This document shows positions 31,853 through 36,987 of a DNA stretch of 36,987 nucleotides, one piece after another. Each line of letters starts with the position of its first letter. The stretch's first letter is position 1. This DNA is from Candidatus Methylomirabilia bacterium (GTDB lineage: Bacteria > Methylomirabilota > Methylomirabilia > Methylomirabilales > 2-02-FULL-66-22). A program made the translations under genes and the position numbers. Under the pieces are notes generated by a model. That model did no database searches. It had not been told where the DNA came from and saw nothing but the letters and a program-made list of their open reading frames with translations. The stretch is from the NCBI GenBank assembly GCA_041489335.1, contig JBGPQZ010000001.1, positions 1-36,987 on the forward strand, given 5' to 3'.

Positions 31853-32827
31853 TCATTCTCCCAGCAACTCCCGCACCTTGGCGACGAACGGTGGGAGGAC
31901 CGCCTTGAAGTCGCCCACCACACCGAGGTGCGCCACCTTGAAGATCGGCGCGTCCGGATCGGTGTTGATGGCCACGATGGTCTTCGACGCGCTCATCCCC
32001 GCCAGGTGCTGGATGGCCCCGGAAATGCCCACGGCGACGTAGAGATCCGGTCTGACGGTCTTCCCGGTCTGCCCGACCTGCCGGGTCACGGATACCCACC
32101 CGGCATCGGTGGCCGCACGCGTCGCCCCGACCGCTCCCTTGAGCATGGTAGCCAATTCCTCGAGCTGCTTGAAGGGCTCGGGCCCTTTGAGTCCCCGCCC
32201 GCCGCTCACGATCACTCGGGCGTTCTCCAGCCGGACGCCTCGCACCTCCTCGGCCACCCGCTCCACGACCGTCGTGCGGGACGCGGCGGGCTCCCCCCCG
32301 CCCTCCAGCCGCACCACCTCGCCGCCCCCGGCCGGCTGCTCCGGCGCGGACTCCCAGGCGAGGGGCTTGACCGTGGCCACCACGGGGAAGCGCTCCGCCG
32401 CCAGGACGGCCAGGCAGCGCCCGCCGTACAGATTGCGCTGGAACGTCACCGCCCCCCCGGTCGCCTCGGCCCCGACCACTTCCGTGACGAGGCCGGCCTG
32501 GAGCCGATGGGCGACGCGCGGAGCCACCTCGCGCCCCCGGGCGTCGTCCGGCAGGAGGACGACCGCCGCGGCGAGCTCCCGGGCGGCCTGGGTGACTACC
32601 GCGACCTGGCTCTCCGGCTCCGCCTCGGCCAGGGCGGCCTGCGGCCCCAGCGCCACCCGGTCCGCCCCGTAGCGGAAGGGGAGGTCGGCGTGCGCGTCCG
32701 AGCCCGCGCCGAGCAGGGCGGTAAGGCGCCCCCCTGCTCCTCGCAGGCTCCGGCCCGCCGCGAGCAATTCCAAGCTGTCTCGTGCCAGCTCATTTCCATC
32801 CACCTTCACGACCGCCAGGATTTCCAT
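31853..32827 (-). CDS. etfA: Electron transfer flavoprotein alpha subunit
   Basis: 324 aa. C-terminal FAD-binding region ...[17 protein letters not shown]... Confidence 0.9.
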   Translation of the reverse strand: MEILAVVKVDGNELARDSLELLAAGRSLRGAGGRLTALLGAGSDAHADLPFRYGADRVALGPQAALAEAEPESQVAVVTQAARELAAAVVLLPDDARGREVAPRVAHRLQAGLVTEVVGAEATGGAVTFQRNLYGGRCLAVLAAERFPVVATVKPLAWESAPEQPAGGGEVVRLEGGGEPAASRTTVVERVAEEVRGVRLENARVIVSGGRGLKGPEPFKQLEELATMLKGAVGATRAATDAGWVSVTRQVGQTGKTVRPDLYVAVGISGAIQHLAGMSASKTIVAINTDPDAPIFKVAHLGVVGDFKAVLPPFVAKVRELLGE

Positions 32828-32889
32828 CGGGACCTCTCCTTGCCCGAATCTGCGCTACCGCATGTCAATGCGCGGCAGGGGCAGATGTC

Positions 32890-33690
32890 TCAAAAGATTT
32901 TCATTTCCCTGAGCCGCGCAGCGAGGCGAGTGGCCTGCTCTTCCGGCGTCTCCCCGTCGATCAGCTCACAGCGGGAGTCCCGCTGCGGGATCACCACGTC
33001 GCGGAGGACTAGCCGGTGGGCGGCGGGCCCCACGCAAGAGGGGTCGATGCCCAGATCCGCCAGCTTCCAGCTCGGCACGGGCTTCCGGGCAGCCGCCATG
33101 ATGTCCTTCAGCTTGGAGTAGCGCGGCACGTTGCTGTCGTCGCTGATGATGCCGGCGACCAGCGGCAGGGGGGCCTCCACGGTCTCGTACCCGTCCGGGA
33201 GGAGCCGCCGGGCCCGGACGGCCCCGTCGCACGCCGCGATCCGGCTCACGAAGGTGAGGCAGGACCAGTTGAGCTCCTCCGCTAGAAGCGGGGCCATCAC
33301 CTTGCTCCCGATGTCCCCGGAGACGCAGCCGGTCAGAATGAGGTCCGCCTTCCCCAGCTTCCGGATCGCCGCTGCCAGCACGCGGGCGATGCCGAAGGAG
33401 TCGGAGCCCGCCGCCGCCGGATCGTGAACGAGAACGCCGGCGTCCACCCCCATGCCCATCGCGCTCTTGACGGCCCCCTGCGCCTCCCCCTCCCCGACCG
33501 TCAGCGCCGTGATCTTTCCCCCCGCCTTCTCGCGCAACTGGAGCGCCACCTCCAGGGCGTTCTGATCGTAGGCACTGATCACCAGCGACAGCCCCCCCCG
33601 GACTTGGCGCTTGGTCGCCGGGTCCAGTCGGAAGAGATCCGGGGCAATCTCCGGGTCGATGATCTGCTTGATGCACACCACGATGTCCAT
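32890..33690 (-). CDS. etfB: Electron transfer flavoprotein beta subunit
   Basis: The ORF-track ORF runs to 33864, but homology starts at MDIVVCIKQIIDPE (ATG 33690, GGAGG upstream). Confidence 0.9.
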   Translation of the reverse strand: MDIVVCIKQIIDPEIAPDLFRLDPATKRQVRGGLSLVISAYDQNALEVALQLREKAGGKITALTVGEGEAQGAVKSAMGMGVDAGVLVHDPAAAGSDSFGIARVLAAAIRKLGKADLILTGCVSGDIGSKVMAPLLAEELNWSCLTFVSRIAACDGAVRARRLLPDGYETVEAPLPLVAGIISDDSNVPRYSKLKDIMAAARKPVPSWKLADLGIDPSCVGPAAHRLVLRDVVIPQRDSRCELIDGETPEEQATRLAARLREMKIF

Positions 33691-33811
33691 GCGGAAGCCT
33701 CCACGAAGGGCGGTGGCGCTGCTCGCCCTGCGGCCACAAGCCCCCTGGTCCTCCTGCTCGACTTCCGTCGGGAAAACCCCAAGGGGCCGCTCGGGTCCGA
33801 TTTCCCCTCTC

Positions 33812-35095
33812 CTATTGAGTGGGCATGAGAAGATTGGGGAGCCACAGGGAAAGGAAGGGAACATACGTCACGAGGAAAAGCGCGATGACCAGCGCAATCA
33901 GGAACGGCCAGATCTCGCGGGCGAATTGCGAGATCGAGATCCTTCCCAGGGCGCACACCACATACATGATGGTACCGACCGGCGGCGTCACGGTCCCGAT
34001 CATGATATTGATGACGAAGATGACCCCGAAGTGCACGGGATCGATGGCGGCGGCGGCGATCAAAGGCATCAGGACGGGGGTCGCCATGATCAAGAGCGCC
34101 ATGCCTTCGAGGAAGCAGCCCAGGATCAGCACGGTAATGTTGAGCACCAGCAGGACCTGCCATTGCGAGAGTTGCAAGGCCTGGAAGAAACCCATCACCA
34201 TCTGTGGGGCTTGCGCCATGGTCAGCATGAAGGCGAAGGGGGAGGCCGCGGCCATGATGATCATGATGGCCGCCGTGCCGAGCGTGGATTCCTCGATGAT
34301 CCTCGGAAGATCCCGCCACTTGATCTCGCGGTACACAAACGTCCCTAAGATGAAGGCGTAGGTCGCGCCGGCCGCGGCCGACTCGGTGGGGGTCATCACA
34401 CCGCCAACGATTCCCCCCAGGATGATAATCGGCATCCCCAGCGGCGGAAGGGCGCGGAGCGTGGCCCAGCCGAACTCGCCCCACGTGGCCTTGCGATCGC
34501 TGGGATATTCTCGCCGCTTGGCGATGATGGAGGCGAAGACCATCAGGGCGATCCCCATGAGGATTCCCGGGACGGCTCCCGCCAGAAGGAGCCTGCCGAT
34601 AGACACATTGGCCATGGAGCCGAAGACCACGAAGGGAATGCTGGGGGGGATGATCGGTCCGATGGTGCCCGCCGCACCCACGATGGCGGCGGCGAAGGGG
34701 ATTCCGTATCCCGCCCGGTGCATGGCCGGGATGAGGACGGACCCGCTCCCGGCGGCGTCGGCCACCCCCGATCCCGACATACCGGCCATGATCATGTTCG
34801 TTACCACGACCACGTGGGCGAGCCCTCCCTTGATGTGCCCGACGAGGACCTTGGAGAAGGCGACCAGCCTGTCGGTGATCCCGCCGGTATTCATCAGGTT
34901 ACCGGCCAGGATGAAAAACGGGATGGCCAGGAGGGGAAAGGAGTCTACCCCCCCGACGATCCGCTGGGCGATGGCCTGGAGGGGAATGGGTGTCGTGAGG
35001 CCCATGTAAACGGTGGCAGCCAGAGCCATGGACCAGCCGACGGGCACCCCGACGACGAAGAACAGGAGCATCAGGACGAACATCCACAGTATCAT
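33812..35095 (-). CDS. dctM: TRAP transporter large permease (DctM family)
   Basis: True start is MILWMFVLMLLFF (ATG 35095), overlapping the dctQ stop (ATGA). Polytopic DctM-like sequence. Confidence 0.9.
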   Translation of the reverse strand: MILWMFVLMLLFFVVGVPVGWSMALAATVYMGLTTPIPLQAIAQRIVGGVDSFPLLAIPFFILAGNLMNTGGITDRLVAFSKVLVGHIKGGLAHVVVVTNMIMAGMSGSGVADAAGSGSVLIPAMHRAGYGIPFAAAIVGAAGTIGPIIPPSIPFVVFGSMANVSIGRLLLAGAVPGILMGIALMVFASIIAKRREYPSDRKATWGEFGWATLRALPPLGMPIIILGGIVGGVMTPTESAAAGATYAFILGTFVYREIKWRDLPRIIEESTLGTAAIMIIMAAASPFAFMLTMAQAPQMVMGFFQALQLSQWQVLLVLNITVLILGCFLEGMALLIMATPVLMPLIAAAAIDPVHFGVIFVINIMIGTVTPPVGTIMYVVCALGRISISQFAREIWPFLIALVIALFLVTYVPFLSLWLPNLLMPTQ

Positions 35096-35565
35096 GATTC
35101 GTCCCCTCTCCTCGCGGCCTGGGCGATGTTCCGTCGAATATCGCCCACAGTGTAGACGAGGACCAACGCGGCCGACAGGGGGACCGCCACGTAGATCAGG
35201 TACTGGGGAATTTCCATCATCGACGTCGGCTCGGTGGACATGGTGGTGAACACCCACCCATAGTAGATCAGCGAGACCATGAGTGCGATGATCAAGAGAT
35301 CGGCGCAGACCAGGACGCCGCCACGAATCCGGCGCGGGAGGACGCCGATCAACGCATCGATGATGATGTGCCGCTTCTGCTTGGTGCAGGCCACCGCCCC
35401 CAGGAATACCACCCAGACGAAGGCGTAGCGGGCGAACTCTTCCGCCCAGGCGATGGGGCTGTTGAAGACGTACCGCGCGATGACGTTGCCGACGGTGCAG
35501 AGGGACATCAGCACCATGAAGATGCCGGCAACGATTTCCTCGATCTTCCCCAGGTAGAATCGCAT
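35092..35565 (-). CDS. dctQ: TRAP transporter small permease (DctQ family)
   Basis: 157 aa with four hydrophobic segments, between dctP and dctM. Confidence 0.8.
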   Translation of the reverse strand: MRFYLGKIEEIVAGIFMVLMSLCTVGNVIARYVFNSPIAWAEEFARYAFVWVVFLGAVACTKQKRHIIIDALIGVLPRRIRGGVLVCADLLIIALMVSLIYYGWVFTTMSTEPTSMMEIPQYLIYVAVPLSAALVLVYTVGDIRRNIAQAARRGDES

Positions 35566-35585
35566 CCCCGCTACCTCCTGAGACA

Positions 35586-35610
35586 GCGGGGCAGGGCGTC
35601 GCCGCCCCGC
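35586..35610 (-). terminator. GC hairpin just after dctP (possible intra-operon attenuator or stabiliser)
   Basis: gcggggc / gccccgc: 7-bp stem with an 11-nt loop, read directly. Confidence 0.3.
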
Positions 35611-35626
35611 CCCGGCTGCACCGATC

Positions 35627-36670
35627 TTACTTCTGGGCGTCCACGATCTTTTCGTACACGCCCTTCCCGAACTGGCCTTCGAACTCCTTCCAGGCGTTCT
35701 TCGTCGCTTCGGCGAACTCGGCCTTGTTGACGGTCGCCACGGTCATGCCCTTGGCCTTCAGGTCCTGCATCGCCTGATTATTGGCCTTGAGTTGCATCTC
35801 GGACTGATAGTCCCCCGCGTCCTCGGCGGCCTTGATGAGCATCGCCTTCATCTCGGGGGAGAGGGGCTGGAAGAATGTCTCGCTGACGCACAGCACGAGG
35901 TGCTGCGTCATGTGGCCGGTCATGGAGACGTACTTCTGGACCTCGTAGAACTTCTGCGCATAGATGGTGTTGAGGGGGTTCTCCTGGCCCTCCACGACCC
36001 CCATCTGCAGCGCGGTGTAGAGCTCGTTGATCGCCATGGGCGTCACGCTGGCCCCCAGGGCGCGCATGGCCACGGTGTTGATCGGGCCCTCCACTGTGCG
36101 GATCTTCAACCCCTTCATGTCAACCGGCTTCAGCACTTGCTTCGTCTTGGTGGTCAGATTGCGGGTGCCGTACCACCAGCTCAGGTCCAGGGCGCGAATG
36201 CTGCTGGACGTCGCGGCCTTCTCGTTCACTTCCTGCATGATGGACCCACGGGTGAGCTTCGTGAGAATGGGAGCCTGCTCCTCGTCGGTCGCCCCCTTGA
36301 TCACGTACGGCATGCTGAGGATCCCCAGGGGTCCCCAGCCGGCGTAGGTGGCCAGGAGGCCCGGCGTCACGATGGCCACCTGGATGATGTTGTTCTTGAC
36401 CTGCGCCGTGACGTCCTTCTCGGCGCCCAATTGGCCTCCCGGGAAGAGCTGCACGTTCACGGCGCCCCCGGTTCGCTGCTTCACCAGCTCCGCAAATTTC
36501 GCCACGCCATGGGTATAGGACATCGTCGGCGCGCCCTGATGGCCCGCCTTGATGTCCATCTTCGGGAACGACGGCGTCCCGGCGAGCGCCGTGCCACCGC
36601 CAGCGACTACAAGGCTCAACGCGAGAAACGTGGCAACGAGGGTGGTGAGGCTCCTGAATCGCTTCGACAT
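35627..36670 (-). CDS. dctP: TRAP transporter substrate-binding protein (DctP family)
   Basis: 347 aa. Signal peptide MSKRFRSLTTLVATFLALSLVVAGGGTALA. DctP-like body. Confidence 0.85.
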   Translation of the reverse strand: MSKRFRSLTTLVATFLALSLVVAGGGTALAGTPSFPKMDIKAGHQGAPTMSYTHGVAKFAELVKQRTGGAVNVQLFPGGQLGAEKDVTAQVKNNIIQVAIVTPGLLATYAGWGPLGILSMPYVIKGATDEEQAPILTKLTRGSIMQEVNEKAATSSSIRALDLSWWYGTRNLTTKTKQVLKPVDMKGLKIRTVEGPINTVAMRALGASVTPMAINELYTALQMGVVEGQENPLNTIYAQKFYEVQKYVSMTGHMTQHLVLCVSETFFQPLSPEMKAMLIKAAEDAGDYQSEMQLKANNQAMQDLKAKGMTVATVNKAEFAEATKNAWKEFEGQFGKGVYEKIVDAQK

Positions 36671-36755
36671 GATTCTCCCCCTTGAGAAAAGCCGAGTGCC
36701 AATACCTCGATCCGTGGCCGACCGATCTCTTCGTGGCGAGTGCGGCCCCTACTTT

Positions 36756-36773
36756 CGGAATCCATGGAAACCG
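36756..36773. promoter_or_regulatory. Candidate operator palindrome upstream of the large minus-strand operon
   Basis: cggaatccatggaaaccg: 18-nt dyad (7 of 9 positions pair per half, tccatgga core), about 85 nt upstream of the dctP ATG. Confidence 0.2.
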
Positions 36774-36846
36774 GGTGGGGACGCCTAGTTCCCCGTGACC
36801 TCACCTCCTTTCCATTGACCTTGCCCTCCGACCATACCGTCGCCCC

Positions 36847-36987
36847 TTACTTCAGGCCTGCGGCAACTCCCTCCACCGAGGACTGCTGAGGGCTTGCCGT
36901 CTCGCCCCGCCGCCGCCCCGCCTGGGGCCCTGCCGGCGTTTCCTGGTAGTGGTGCGAGTAGATCTCGAGGTAGTCCTTCTTGCCACC
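36847..36987 (-). CDS. 3' end of an unidentified gene, truncated by the window edge
   Basis: Open frame from the window edge to TAA (36847-36849): GGKKDYLEIYSHHYQETPAG...VAAGLK. No family recognised. Confidence 0.25.
   Translation of the reverse strand, partial: GGKKDYLEIYSHHYQETPAGPQAGRRRGETASPQQSSVEGVAAGLK

Noticed and set aside
1-36987. Defence island, prophage or integrative element
   Set aside because: There are no integrase, transposase, recombinase, phage structural, toxin-antitoxin, restriction-modification or cas-like genes, and no flanking tRNA or long direct repeats. Content is metabolic and transport throughout.

Overview
Visibly GC-rich bacterial chromosomal segment, almost entirely coding, made of transport and central or catabolic metabolism genes. 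High GC creates many long antisense ORFs, so I called genes only where I recognise protein-family motifs.

Layout, left to right:
1. 1-4006 (+): a decaying ABC sugar/polyol uptake locus. It holds an SBP tail, a frameshifted Zn-dehydrogenase, two permeases, a permease scrap and an N-terminally truncated SBP.
2. 4228-5567: RidA-family gene (-), a DUF1638-like gene remnant (-) and an EthD-like gene (+).
3. 5627-8702 (+): TRAP transporter dctPQM.
4. 8712-11401: an internally duplicated protein of unknown family (-), divergent from a small AtzG/GatC-like ORF translationally coupled to an amidase-signature enzyme (+).
5. 11471-14101 (-): a corrinoid methyltransferase module (corrinoid protein, UroD/MtaA-like methyltransferase, DUF1638-like protein).
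6. 14445-22511 (+): LarA-like protein, four-subunit 2-oxoacid:ferredoxin oxidoreductase, succinyl-CoA-synthetase-like sucCD and a MatB-like acyl-CoA ligase.
7. 22580-36670 (-): a roughly 14-kb gene string with a second TRAP system, etfBA, a membrane FeS/CCG oxidoreductase of the ETF:menaquinone type, an acyl-CoA dehydrogenase, two tandem family-III CoA-transferases, and two crotonases flanking an orphan SdhA/NadB-like flavoprotein.

I found no rRNA, tRNA, CRISPR array, transposase, integrase or recognisable defence system.

The observations that gene annotation does not explain:
- Stuttered short-word palindromic repeats fill nearly every intercistronic spacer and share words between unlinked loci.
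- A rod-like imperfect palindrome of about 175 nt lies between dctP and dctQ.
- A G/C-run hairpin lies between etfA and the membrane oxidoreductase gene.
- The large acyl-CoA operon has an incomplete beta-oxidation gene set plus an orphan flavoprotein.
- The internally duplicated unknown protein sits beside the AtzG-like/amidase pair.

All functional calls rest on motifs I recognise by eye. No database search was run.
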